From a virus: a stretch of 64,000 nucleotides of DNA. Below the pieces are notes generated by a model, which did no database searches, was not told the origin of the DNA, and saw only the letters and a list, made by a program, of their open reading frames with translations. The DNA lies in IMG/VR virus record IMGVR_UViG_3300020469_002640, positions 1 through 64,000 of that record; one strand, 5' to 3'. The position numbers were made by a program, and so were the translations under genes. Positions 20,201-29,500 of the stretch are shown here, piece after piece. Positions within the stretch are counted from its first letter, which is position 1. Each line of letters opens with the position of its first letter.

Positions 20201-23200
20201 AACGGCAATTCAAGTACAGATGGTGCAAAATTAAAATCTCGTTCTTCTATGTTTGCATCTGCTTCTTGCGCATCTCTTGTATCAGGTTCTTTATCACTTT
20301 CTTCTTTTGTCTCTGCAGCAGGAGGAGTCATAACTTCTTGCAAATATTCATGAAAAGAATTAACAGCTTCTAAAACTTGATTTTCAAGCTCTATAGCTCT
20401 GTTGTTAGCAGGTATTCGCTTGTCGTATTCTTCAATGTCACGCCGTATTTTATCAAGCTCATCTCGTTTTTTACCTATACGTCCTGCTGCTTCTGTAAGT
20501 ATTGCATCTTCTAAAGCTGCAATTTCATTTTGCGTTCTTTTTAACTCTTCTAGTAAAAAGTCTACATCTCCTTGTGTTTCTCCCTCTTCAGATAAGATTT
20601 TTAACTGGCCTGTTGCAGGATCGTACACTTCGTCTAGCGCTTTTACGACGCTTTCTTTATATATTTTAAGATTTTTTAATGCAGTTTGTAAATTATCTAA
20701 ATCTGAATTTATAAGATCAAAATACTCATCAGATAAATTATTACTTGCAACCATCTCTCTAAGCTCACTTATAAGAGATTCGTCTATTGTAAACTTTCCG
20801 TCTTGATTACTAATAGCTAATTGTGAAAGTTCAGATTCTGTAAAGTATCCATCTTTTAAAAGATCGTCAAACAGTGTAGTAGCATCTAGTGCCCCTATAT
20901 AATCTCTAAGAGCCTCCATCTTATTTTCATAAGACATGTTAGAATCAACTACACCTTGTATAGTTCTAATTTTTTCAGCATTATCATTAAGAGTGCTAAC
21001 TTTTGCTTGCAACTTTTCTAAAGCCTTTTCCGCTTCTTGCAGTTCTATTTCAATTTCTGCTTGTATTGCTCTAGCTCCTTCTACACCAAATGCACCTCTT
21101 CTACCAATAGCATTTAAATTAACATAGTCTCTACCTTGTTTTGTAGTACGGTTTTGCACAGCACTTATAATTTCTGCTCCTTGCTCTGCTAGCGTATCTA
21201 TTTTATTTTTAAGATCCTGTATAGCTGCTTTTTGCACTTCCATGTCTGCAGCAACACCTTCTTGTAATATATCTATAGATGCTTCTAACCCTTCTAAGTT
21301 TATAGACTCTATAGTTATTTCTCTAATATTAGCAGCTTCTTGTAAAAACTCTGCATTATAAGCTTGATACTTTCCTGCTCCTTCATCTAAAAGCTCTTGT
21401 ATTACTTCTCTTTCTTCTTGAGCTTCCGGACTACTATCATCTTCTAACGCTTTTAATCTTTTAACTAATCTAAAGTCTTCAGCTGATGGAATTCTGACAA
21501 GACCTTTGCTGCTATTATCTTTATAGATTACTCTAAAAGTTTTAACATCTCCATTTTTGTTAGTATAGTCAAACTCAATAATTTTACCTTTATACCTTCT
21601 AGACAAAGATTTTTGCTCTGGATTTAAAGTTTCCTCTTCTTCCTTAGTTAACATATCTTGTATAGCGTTTTCAGTTTGTTGAATAACTAAATCACTAGCA
21701 TTAGGATCTCTAAGCATTTCTGCAAGCTTAAGCGCTCTATGTCGCCGAGCTCTTAAACGTCGTAAATCTTTTAATTTATTAGATATATCTTCTTTATTTT
21801 GCTCGTAACCTGCAGAGTCTTTTTTTCTATAGTTTTCTAACAACTCTTGCTCTTGTGTTGACAAATCTGGAGCAGTTCCATTTTGAATTTCTTTAGTAAG
21901 CTCTACTAAATCTTCTCTTACTTCGTCTATTTGCTCTAACAATGCAAAAGCTTCATCATCTTTACCTTCTTGCTCTAATCTTTCCGCTTCTTTTTCTAGT
22001 CTAGCTGCTTCTACAGCCATTTCCATAGCCACAAGATTTGCATCTCCTGGCTTAGTAAATTCTTTTATGCCTAATCTTTTCTTAACTCTTCTACCTGCTT
22101 TAGATGCATTCATACGGCGCTCTAATGGCCCGCCAACATCCATAGTATCATACAAAAAGTCATTAAACTTTTGCATAATACTTCTATTATCTTCTTCGTC
22201 TTGTGCAGGCCTGTCTTCAATTACTTCTAAACTTTCACCTGTCAATGCTTCCATTTCTTTGATAAGCATTTCTTCTCTATTGTCTACATCTTTCATAGAC
22301 GAATACGCATGCGCTAACATTTCTCTGTACTTCTCACTTATAGCAAGACCTGCAGTAGCTTCGTACACTTCTTTAATTGCAGCTGCTCTTTCTAAGTGAG
22401 ACTCTACAACTTTTTGTTTACGAGAATTTAAAAACTCTTCTCTTTCTGTTTCAGACATGTTATCTGTTTCAGTAGCAAGATTAAATTGAGTTTCAAACTC
22501 ATCATTACTCATGTTTTCAATATCACCTTTTAAAATGTCTGCTATGTCTCCATAATATCCAGCTTTAATTCTTGTTATTACATAAGAATACCAAGCATCG
22601 TGATCTGCATTTTTATACTCATAGTCATTGTTAGTAGCAATAGAAAAATCTCTTTTATCATTTGCATTTTTTTGACGTACTAAATTGTCAAAATTAGCTT
22701 TTACAGCTGCAGCCGCATCAGGATTTTCGTTCATAGCTTTAACAAGCGTAGATACATTTTCATCAGCTGTTTTAATTTCATTCCAACCTTCTACAGCAGA
22801 AAAACCATTCCAACCCATCCCATATTTCTTTTCTCCTGTTTTAGGATCTGTCTTAACAAATGACGGAAGCCCAAGCCCCCCTAATATAAACCCTAAAAAG
22901 ATTTCTTTTTGCCCTTCGTATCCGCCGTAAGCTTGAGCAAACGCATCGTCAGTATGATTTAGTATTGCACCGATAGCTTCCATGTTACCAGGATCTTTAC
23001 CTTCTGTATAGAAATATTCTGCAGCTTCTTGGCCTGATAAATTAGCTAGCCCTTGCCCACCTTCTTCTACAAATCCTTCATATAAAGGACGTTTAAGCAT
23101 TGCATATGCATGTCGTCCAATGTTTCTAAACTTACCAAAATCTTTGTATGCTTCTTTATATACTCTAGCACCGTCTTTAATATCTTCTATAATTTTATTC

Positions 23201-24279
23201 TTATAGTTTTTATTTGCAGTACGCATACCTTTTCCAAATATTCTTGGAAACATTAACATGTTACTATATCCTACAAGTGCAGCATTTGCTGCAAATACAC
23301 CATTAGAAGTTTTTACAGCAATGTTGTGCATCTTAGCTTCTTCTGCTTCACTAATAGGAGTGCCTGGATTTTCTTGAGCATACAGTGCTTTTAACTTTTC
23401 TAAAGTTTCATCGTAGTTATGTCTTGCTTCTACTCCTGACTCATAAAATGCACCGGTAGCTAATTGTCTAGCAGATCTAAGTCCATCGTAAACAGACTGC
23501 TTATTTGCAACTTTACGCATAGTATCAAGACCAGACATACCTTTTTGACCTAATAGACCTTTATTTGCTTTAATAGCAGCTTGTTTCATCATTTTACCAG
23601 CCCTAGACACTGCAAGAGCTCCTCCAAGCCCTGCAGTTAAATATTCAGATATTACAGCACCTGCGACAAAAGACAACCCATTAGCAAGTCCATCGGTCCA
23701 AAAGTTAGCAGCTCCTGAACCAAAAGCTTGGCCCAAAATATTTTGTTGTGTTTCATACGACGTATAATAATTAGGCAGCTTTTCATTTAGATGTTCATTT
23801 ATACTATCTAAACTTTTTTGAAAATCATTATTAAAAAACTTATTTAAACCTTCAGAACTAGGACCGTTTTTATAGAAGTCTTGCGCAACTTCATTTATAC
23901 CTACACCTAAACCAATTGTAGAACCTACAACATTATTAAATATACTAACAGGCATTTTAACACCGTAAGATCTAAAAGCTTTTTCAGCAACACTTTGCCC
24001 TTCTGCTCTATAGTCATCTACGTTAGGATCTAAAATATTAAACGGACGATCTATGTACTCATCGTAGCTGTCAAAGTCTCTATCTTCACCATACACGCTA
24101 GTACCTTTTGTAGCAGTGTTAGATAATGTAGTTAATCTATCTTGACTTCGTTGTCCTTTAGTTATAGGTAAAGTTTCTTTAGGAGCAGTTTGTTGTGACT
24201 TATCCGCAGACAAATCTTCTGGGCTTACTAAGCTATCCCAATCAGTTACAGATCCTCCAGTTTGTTTTTTATTTGACAT
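11290..24279 (-). CDS. Giant virion-packaged two-barrel DNA-dependent RNA polymerase (crAss/phi14:2 gp66-type) with N-terminal hydrophobic/coiled-coil region and zincin domain
   Basis: GFRIPTEG...VPTEMVGKAGSDYDIDK (DxDxD at ~13915-13929). Second-barrel motifs FDGGGFI, PLKPQVF, HKFALFPL, ESVVKVG. HEAYH...EWLAEEF zincin at ~17971-17985. Hydrophobic Gly/Ala helices in the first 470 aa. Confidence 0.9.
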   Translation of the reverse strand: MSNKKQTGGSVTDWDSLVSPEDLSADKSQQTAPKETLPITKGQRSQDRLTTLSNTATKGTSVYGEDRDFDSYDEYIDRPFNILDPNVDDYRAEGQSVAEKAFRSYGVKMPVSIFNNVVGSTIGLGVGINEVAQDFYKNGPSSEGLNKFFNNDFQKSLDSINEHLNEKLPNYYTSYETQQNILGQAFGSGAANFWTDGLANGLSFVAGAVISEYLTAGLGGALAVSRAGKMMKQAAIKANKGLLGQKGMSGLDTMRKVANKQSVYDGLRSARQLATGAFYESGVEARHNYDETLEKLKALYAQENPGTPISEAEEAKMHNIAVKTSNGVFAANAALVGYSNMLMFPRIFGKGMRTANKNYKNKIIEDIKDGARVYKEAYKDFGKFRNIGRHAYAMLKRPLYEGFVEEGGQGLANLSGQEAAEYFYTEGKDPGNMEAIGAILNHTDDAFAQAYGGYEGQKEIFLGFILGGLGLPSFVKTDPKTGEKKYGMGWNGFSAVEGWNEIKTADENVSTLVKAMNENPDAAAAVKANFDNLVRQKNANDKRDFSIATNNDYEYKNADHDAWYSYVITRIKAGYYGDIADILKGDIENMSNDEFETQFNLATETDNMSETEREEFLNSRKQKVVESHLERAAAIKEVYEATAGLAISEKYREMLAHAYSSMKDVDNREEMLIKEMEALTGESLEVIEDRPAQDEEDNRSIMQKFNDFLYDTMDVGGPLERRMNASKAGRRVKKRLGIKEFTKPGDANLVAMEMAVEAARLEKEAERLEQEGKDDEAFALLEQIDEVREDLVELTKEIQNGTAPDLSTQEQELLENYRKKDSAGYEQNKEDISNKLKDLRRLRARRHRALKLAEMLRDPNASDLVIQQTENAIQDMLTKEEEETLNPEQKSLSRRYKGKIIEFDYTNKNGDVKTFRVIYKDNSSKGLVRIPSAEDFRLVKRLKALEDDSSPEAQEEREVIQELLDEGAGKYQAYNAEFLQEAANIREITIESINLEGLEASIDILQEGVAADMEVQKAAIQDLKNKIDTLAEQGAEIISAVQNRTTKQGRDYVNLNAIGRRGAFGVEGARAIQAEIEIELQEAEKALEKLQAKVSTLNDNAEKIRTIQGVVDSNMSYENKMEALRDYIGALDATTLFDDLLKDGYFTESELSQLAISNQDGKFTIDESLISELREMVASNNLSDEYFDLINSDLDNLQTALKNLKIYKESVVKALDEVYDPATGQLKILSEEGETQGDVDFLLEELKRTQNEIAALEDAILTEAAGRIGKKRDELDKIRRDIEEYDKRIPANNRAIELENQVLEAVNSFHEYLQEVMTPPAAETKEESDKEPDTRDAQEADANIEERDFNFAPSVLELPFLKTAGSHVAALNTIEELESRDDLTPQEALRLKHAQSQARFYKATEEMTDWSKKTGNKLLVITKNNVINAELSDDIIFYDSVAKKDNFRTVADLIANDNTELDDIKVVLVDANLEPVQFDGGIAYTSLPNAELFDADGRYRYASDKDLKEDGTPKEAVLAEQERYQGVRAEVMTVTQPVYTFIKGKAKGVPILSSDGPGGVLHRVVDKEQDIQHIDLKVATKAKAKEESKRPGGRAVVNIGGKQWSVKNGFIYMAEGSYSTTNDSKGVRGNLVKGSLSTLTDAQQQNVYNLLRLFATNDLRVKAGEVSKEDVIHPGNAGKGVQAILKDIIFFGKSAKGRTLTEYSIYFENDTVVFGDKYISFQDLAFPEKAPAINGQFREFLGTLLTHVNANTLDKDSKARSITKKENDKKRKKAKGKKYNKSAVEYDVFTEVIVADDLTVDTKEWNNYTEFLLSGAGRDKAEIPVKVDMRTKSDGQKNAPQYKNMYMKHEISGVNALKTAEQMDDIAENSKKSKPDPYKDDTETTVNESGEIVEVSQEPLSDEEFAEVVAQVQGAPENITFTVNETIEFEGKTYQPGDSFTINVPNVVDAMKPGLNEYKVNALHIAILRHAGIEVPSIAMGASEQESISESAIQAVGGENNDGTQIPGEKKLKFGQTGEDTSFEEDEEDDSPFMLDRFATQPDINLDAQLTWFNANMPTDVISLEFVRGLIDNKGIGKFTKDSKILLSDMMNVDGVIYHEAYHAITLRYLTAEQRLELYNEVRARKGKSKTFKGEIKNLSEFTDKEADEWLAEEFREYVLTDGAYKVGQRVKKSFIQRAFDKLLKLINFFSNPSQVDTLFANINNGYYANPTSKVSLLEVNSEAYMEMNMPSPTLINNAMEGMTSHLFQLAAARDLFTAEDFFSKKKAKNLSEVIVQLYGRPGEKNKVYNKVIGSIGKQIKLLEAMPTTPGVRREIEKLKDTRVQIRDNWSYLIKEHGKYLQKWKINIDKEIEAAFEENKGNRDSLHGIASHEIDPNSVMPLPLKLLLSTLPKSYVDSEGVSHFEYNTSGLPRLADFGNTMAYLYNELAGLPQDEILPKLMSLRSAKKEINFLIERLGLDSDIKTLSGPKIKLLTQFIMQFNQSNNEFLMNLISRDGSKTTINSNSDRVYNQIKRAWELNFKDVLRAGVGKMVKGKLIVNIDKKVFEGKSIKEWSTTPMTGEQARRVLSVIGIKFSNVPAFIEEYESNESVSDAVMFVLQEIAQNPDMTAILEGDIQANVNTLVEAELEHTIQAIDLQHRTPEGKNAFGITLKTSMDNIAEKYNASDEAVENALEIDNYKGSYWLRSKAENSLLEFKVSIIEGAKENVVGGKAKHVSKTSPSDIAALHSNLILQGTHPVIRTADKKTEYAFSLDGLTPDFRMSEGKMVNILKGYLADEIRLAGKQLRNPKSKLNRIKGLDKQGKNLRFFNGLISIPTSQLKKATTDDKIRILANEYNRDILAFLEKETFKNFEALKNLGVIQEIQEGNFVDTEFGQAIEGGKYKNIGLDTKIVKRFQQIYKDKNDNGVNINMNTAMQMAQQLTYLHLIGVNEQAKLLLGDLALYTDLFKRTSGVSGTKTYPTSNAELLSWMNENMPNLGHSKDHSDKLTVAHRADVLVDSPYLEKYKAAVLTLDPSANISALDDAYSNMEEFDGGGFIHLDTYRSLLWRTGKWSEEQENVYQKLMLEEDIAPEEIALLPPLKPQVFAPFIEDNVELRTFHKFALFPLMPQLMPDSAYKEINDDMTANNIDYMIFESVVKVGGVKNNNGEFDAFYENGMYKPMELDENGIPLNTQTFDFSELGIQLEIAPKTKEQVTMGVQSTALLPINIYENGKISERYAKHEGFNETINDWHSTNEEIIRRDLADLKNRLGIKNNKLTNVTKFKNVLLEELERRDTPKHTMLGISALLEGDTKFINQLFEKNKIETLLYAVVTNNVVRRKMPGDLMVLQASTGLESQTRILKQNDAQEWARLGLEEEVKRLKVLKFYEPGEGKTTRMQVFVPHKFKELVGRQIDVNDPAIDPELKNIIGFRIPTEGLNSIDAIEIAGFLPQQFGSTIMVPTEMVGKAGSDYDIDKITLYFPNYVLDTENNAINKVKYLDDSNSTAKERLEVMKENREVSKDMKLSEFSKLSLQEQNIKAALQNRAQDLMADVLLHPESFDQLITPVGAFEVKDIADEIRVLRNGGKAIEKKNFSQMLTFENMVNQSYRMWSGLGGTGIVATSATAHGKAQRVGLKISNEAEIELNFAGFDSSNNKSLARVKDIEGRRSINSVLAEYISGYVDVTKDDFVFDINAGVSYAPIHMYLLRSGVPIKSVLYFMSQPVIDDYVKLKETRQSMAANVASNKREEEKAYLSNKQIISKLESKYGKIQEGSRPVMFRQNLLRDMIENNVNGELSPLEMSYQAQVLADFLRYKEYADNLYLLNNATKYDTSKLKSGSNVMYMQALLKRVQESNFFDSSALERTISSTEKMPNLMSALRDTFDQAPGFFESVDAKQFNTEIKRKMEELAYTLTDPNIKKTEDDVIQHLQKFDSFISSYIVQNTMAVQGREKLSDMIKSMFQGETSLPARILQAKNDPVLKENLLIQEFYPMLQGVVDPSHPEFDIDNLRLFSKKLATVDIDLLSDAFLELKEMSPTLANDILVFSVLQSGFDFSPIAFFQVLPSTEVIDLLKPYFQKFEMFGLEDSIEDIYENFVQNNYHNSSVATPVRVYNNDSTTKAFNSGEMNLRSTETYVTVSMPGGEKTVGSVTKQEYITKLFKLKDVAKDGKGIYSELELKGKKQFLVNAGSAIRKDNAAGLNTLDITKDLEKILDKGNFVLVSTKRIIPPGKYRTPSDGIVEVQGALGSYTRNTIAKGIANSVLGIKGKGQAALEQFAQQSGFDSFADLLKSPQYKEFAEGKYVTLHRVQPVRASYFTKAAEYNNSKNKKLSFKHSTDGEVQEKINEKECK

Positions 24280-24280
24280 A

Positions 24281-26542
24281 CTAGTAATATTGATTAATTA
24301 AAGTATCGTTCATTATATCTTGTCTTTTCTCTAACACAACTTCTTTGTTTTTATTTACATACTCTGCAAAATTTTCATGATTGTATCCCGCTTCTTCAGT
24401 ATACAAATATAAAACTTCTTGGTCACGCATAAAGTATAAACTATTGTTTTCATCTTTTTCTATAATCTTATCCTGACCTAGCTCTTTAATAATTATTTCT
24501 TCTAACTCTGTGCTGTTACGTCTTTTAGCTTCATCTAAACCTATACGTCCTTTTGTAACATCTAACCGTGCTTGAAAATAATCTCTAGTAGTTAGTTGTT
24601 TTCCACCGTTCTTTTTGTTTTGCAACATAAATGCAATTCTTTCGTTGTCTACAAAAATATGTTCTTGCATACTATTTGCAACATCATTTGCCCAAGGAGA
24701 TGTGCCATCAAGACCAGGCTTTGCTACTAATTGAGCATATTCTGTAGTAGTTTTAGCTACGCCTTGTTTTTGATAAGATACATTATAAGTGTTAGGTCTA
24801 TTTCTTAAAGGATTTCCTATGTTTGCACTTGTAAGTTGCACACTGCTCCAACTATCTCTGATACCTTCTCTATCTTCTTGTTGTGTTAAAACAAAGTCTG
24901 CTTCAGGATTAGATGCTTTTAAAGATTTATTAAACGCTGTTCTATACTTAGCTCCTTCTGGGCCTGCTGCATATTTGTAAGGTTGAGAAGTTTCATAACC
25001 ACCTTCTTTAAGCCACCCTTCATCTAACAAATCTCCTCCTAAATCAGTTTTATACGTATACATTGATTTTGCAAGCTTTTTCATCATAGGAATATCTTCT
25101 TTAGTCCAATTAGCATTAGGCATAGCTTTATTAAGAGCGTCTAGTTTTTCCATTTCATCCATAAGTTGCTCAGATTCAGTATCTATAAACATGCTAATAA
25201 ACCCTTCCTCTTGCGGGCGCTCCCAGTCTCTTACATTGTTTAAACCTTCAAAGTTTTCTACAATTTCATCACCTACATTTTTAAGAAATTCGTATCCTCC
25301 ACCTACACCATATCCAATTGCAAACATAGCTGGAACTGTAAGCTCAGCAAAAGGCCCTCCCAAGAATCCTGCAGGAGCAAACGCAGTTCCTACAATTGTT
25401 CCTGTTGACATCATATTTTCAGTAAGTTCATCTACAGAAGTTTTTTGGAATGTAGAATTAGAATTAGTAGTTAACATATTTACAGTTTCAAATAAATCTA
25501 AATATCTATTTGAACCATCTATTTCTGCTTGCTCTTCAAATGCTCCATAAACTTTTTGATACTCTGTATAAGCAGAAGTGTTTCCAGTATTTTTAGCTAC
25601 ATTAGCATATGTAGTTTCTCTTGTTTCTACAACATCATTTCTTTTCTTTTCTATTTGCTCTTCTGTTAAATCAGCATTACCTGTTATAACGCTTGCAGAA
25701 GATGTAAATGCTGATTTATTTTCATCTTTTTCTTGATATACTTTTGTAGTTGTTGGAGTACCTAACGTTGTTCTTCTGTCTGCAAACTCATTGTTTGAGC
25801 TACCAACTGCGCTTTGATACTCAGCCCGTCTAGTAAACGATCTTAACCGATCTTTAATATTAGCTTCTGCCATTGCCATAAGCTCTTCTGGAGTAGCATT
25901 AGGGTTAGCCTGCTTTAATTGTATAAGTGCAAGCCTTCTAAAGTCTTGATCTCCTACTTGACTTTGCACATATGTATTATATACATCGTTTATATATGCT
26001 TCTGTAGAATTTATATCTTTACCAAAGTTTTGCACTAACCCTGACATTTCTCCGTTATAGTCAAGCTCTAATTCGTTTTGCACTTGATATGGATTTTCTT
26101 TCCACACACCATTTTCATCTTGAATGTAAGATTGATGCTGATCAAAAGAATTAGTACCAAAATCCCAAACATTGTTACCTTTAGCTCTTTGCTCATTTAT
26201 AAATGCAAGCTCATCTTGTCTAGTTTTATAAGATTGCTGGCCAAGCTGTACACCCCTATTTGACAACAAAGAGTTAGTAGCATCATCTATTGCTAGTGAT
26301 GCTGCTCCTGACTCCCAATTACCATTTGCTGAATAATCTTGTAATATATTTTGTCCTTCTGCTTTTGCATTGTTTACAAGCCACTCGTCGCCTTTACCTA
26401 CCTGCACTTGTGCGTATGCTCTGTCTAGTAAAGATTTCTTTTCTAGAGTTTGATCATACCTATTTCGTAAAACTTCTGCAACTTTAGCGTATCCCGGATC
26501 GACATACTGACTCTGCATAGGAGTTAAATTGAATTTTGCCAT
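24281..26542 (-). CDS. Internal virion cargo/ejection protein with Gly-rich hydrophobic hairpin
   Basis: Located between the cargo and RNAP genes. Helical N-terminus; segment GTIVGTAFAPAGFLGGPFAELTVPAMFAIGYGVGGGY. Confidence 0.65.
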   Translation of the reverse strand: MAKFNLTPMQSQYVDPGYAKVAEVLRNRYDQTLEKKSLLDRAYAQVQVGKGDEWLVNNAKAEGQNILQDYSANGNWESGAASLAIDDATNSLLSNRGVQLGQQSYKTRQDELAFINEQRAKGNNVWDFGTNSFDQHQSYIQDENGVWKENPYQVQNELELDYNGEMSGLVQNFGKDINSTEAYINDVYNTYVQSQVGDQDFRRLALIQLKQANPNATPEELMAMAEANIKDRLRSFTRRAEYQSAVGSSNNEFADRRTTLGTPTTTKVYQEKDENKSAFTSSASVITGNADLTEEQIEKKRNDVVETRETTYANVAKNTGNTSAYTEYQKVYGAFEEQAEIDGSNRYLDLFETVNMLTTNSNSTFQKTSVDELTENMMSTGTIVGTAFAPAGFLGGPFAELTVPAMFAIGYGVGGGYEFLKNVGDEIVENFEGLNNVRDWERPQEEGFISMFIDTESEQLMDEMEKLDALNKAMPNANWTKEDIPMMKKLAKSMYTYKTDLGGDLLDEGWLKEGGYETSQPYKYAAGPEGAKYRTAFNKSLKASNPEADFVLTQQEDREGIRDSWSSVQLTSANIGNPLRNRPNTYNVSYQKQGVAKTTTEYAQLVAKPGLDGTSPWANDVANSMQEHIFVDNERIAFMLQNKKNGGKQLTTRDYFQARLDVTKGRIGLDEAKRRNSTELEEIIIKELGQDKIIEKDENNSLYFMRDQEVLYLYTEEAGYNHENFAEYVNKNKEVVLEKRQDIMNDTLINQYY

Positions 26543-26567
26543 AATATATTTTATATTTTTATATTAA

Positions 26568-29500
26568 CTAAACTGATGCCGAATGACTGTATCGACGAAC
26601 AGCTAGTATTCTGTTAGGATCAAATGTAGCTTCAGTAACTCCTCCACCACCTTTGCTTCCTTGATTACCACCAAGCACTATAATATTTCCATTTTCATCT
26701 GTACCTGCATAGAATCCTACATGACCTGTGTTAGCCTTATCTGAACGCTCTCTAGCTGATGTCATGTCATCATATTTTCCTTTTGGATCTCTCCACATAA
26801 CAACAACATCCCCAATTTGATAATCATCTGCAGCAACTGGTACACTATTTTTATCATTTGCAAAACTTCTAGCAGATGCAGTGCCTGCATGCTCATATCC
26901 ATTCATACCAAGAACAGATGCTGTAAAACCTGCACACCAAGCAGTTTTATAAGGATTATCTATTTTAGCTGTTCCTGCATAGTTATTAATAATTTCAGTA
27001 AGTAATCCTGTATGATCGGTTTCATTTTTACCTAAAAATGCTTTTGCTAATGTCATATTATCGTTACTAGCTAAAATTTCTTGAGCTGTATCAGAATTAG
27101 TGCCTGTGGCAGTTTGAATAACTTGTGCAGCATTATCAGCGTTTCCAGGATTATTATTTGACTGGGTATTAACTTGATTACTATTTAAAACTTTTCCGCT
27201 TTTCATATAATCTTCAATCGCCTGCTGCTGTTCTTCAGGGCTTAAAGCTCTTCCTAATACACCTGATCCTCCATCAATAGCATTTGCCATTAATATTGTT
27301 GCATCAAACGCTTTTTTATCTCTGTTAGCAGTTACAAGATTAGCAGCTGCAGTTTCTACTGCACCTATTTTATTAGCTTGTTGATCTGCTTGCATCTGTA
27401 CGTTAAACTTGTTAGCATCTTGCTTCAATTGTTTTACTGATAACTCATTACCTACATTTATAGTATCAGCTTTCATACCTAACTCAGCTTGCATATTATC
27501 AATAGTAGTTCTAGATTTAACTTCTCTATCAGTTACACCAGCATTTGCATCCATCTTTCTTTCATATGCAGACATTAAGTTAATCATATCTGCAGGACCG
27601 CCTCCGCTAGTTTTAACAAATTGTACTACTTTTTGAAAATCGTTTTCATTTATAGCTCTCTCTCTGTCAAATTTTTGATATTTAAGTTTAGGAGTTTCTA
27701 CCGCAGTCACATCTCCTACTGCTTGCATTTGTGGAGTGTTAGCAGTATATGCAGCTATAGGCGCAATCATACTTGCAGCTAAAGCAAGTTTATCTGATTT
27801 TGCGTAAGGATTTATAATATCGCCGTAAGTAGTAGTATTTCCAGATGTATTAACGCCTTTACTTATTGTAGTATTATTCGAAGTATTAATGTTATTATTA
27901 ACACCAAGTTCAGGATTATCAGAATCATATGACCCAATAACATCTACTGTATCACCTGTAAGAGGATTTATTACAGAGCCGTCTTCGTTAAAATCGCTCA
28001 TATTATACATATAAGGAGACTCTCCTGGCCCAAAGTAACTTGCACCAGTATCATAATATGTAAAATCTCCTGCTTGTCTAAAGTTTTTAGCAAAGTTTTC
28101 TTTTTCAGTTCCTGGACCTCTAACTGATTCAAGCATTGCTTCAGTAGTAGGTTTACTTCTATCTCTGTCTACAAATGCACTTAATCTATCTGAGTAAGAT
28201 TGGAGTAGTACAGGTGAATCCACAAGTGTATTGTCTTGTGGCATAGAAAGATTTTTAAAATTTCCCATCTGAGCATATCCTGCTACTTTAGAGTTTCGAC
28301 CTGCTGCCTTATCTTGTGCAGCTGCTAATGCGTCAATTTCACTTTGACTTCCACCTTCTTTTAACAACTTTTTATGAGCATCTGCAAACGAGTGTCCACC
28401 ATATCTTTTAGACCCATCTACATTTACATAATCAGAAAAGTAATAAGGCATTTCCATACCACCATGCTTTGCACTTGATACACCATCTTTAGTCTCTCCT
28501 CTTTCTACTTCTGAATCACCATCTATTATACCTCCTTGACTATGTCTATTGCCCATAAACTGAACAGCGTCTGATCCAGGTATAGGCATCATACTTCCAC
28601 CTTCAAGTTTCATACCTCCTTGTTTATAGCCTTTCTCATATTCAAATTTAGCATCTTCATTTGCATATTCAGTTCCCCACTTAGGAATAATAGGAGATAT
28701 AATTTTTCTCATTAAATTTCTAAAACCACTCTCAGTATTACCACGCTTTTCAAAACGTTTAGCATCTCTGTTATAGTTTTTTAAATATTTTTTTTCTTTA
28801 CCAGCTTCTGTTGCATCTACTAAACCTTGTTGAAAACGTCTTCTTTTGTCTTGCTCTCTCATCATTTGCTTATCATTTAAATAAGTAGCATGCGCTTCAG
28901 AACGGTATTTTATGCGATCTGGGATCTGGTCTGCAAACTGTGCCCCTCGTTGATCTAAAGGATTTATACCTAGCCTTTGCTCTCTAGGCAATACAGTTTC
29001 TTTAGTACCTCGCATGTAAGTTGTTTGATTTTCTACATCTGGGTTGTGCGGATTGTCTGCAAAAGTTCCTTTACTGTGAAGCTTAGTGCCTCCATATAGC
29101 CCTACGTTGTATCCAGGATTTTTTAAAGTATTATATTCATCTTCTGTTACATTAACATTTTCAAACGTAGATCCTAAATATCCAGAGCCGCCTCCAGAAT
29201 ATGCATTACTTCTACCTACATTGCCTAATTTAAAATCTCCTTGCTTGTATTTCATACCGCCTTCTTTTACGCGAACACCATAACTACCTTCTCCAGTACT
29301 CATTGTATTACCCATATCTGTAGTAGTACTTCCTATTCTTTCAAGCTCTTTTCTTGTTTCGTCTCTATTCATAGCAGTAAGCTCGTCGCCTATAAGAGTA
29401 GTTTGCAATCTATCTTCTTTTCTAGCTTTACCTCTTCCTAAAACACTTTTTACTATATCTACACCAGCAGATAAATCTCCAGATAATAGCCTACCTGCAT

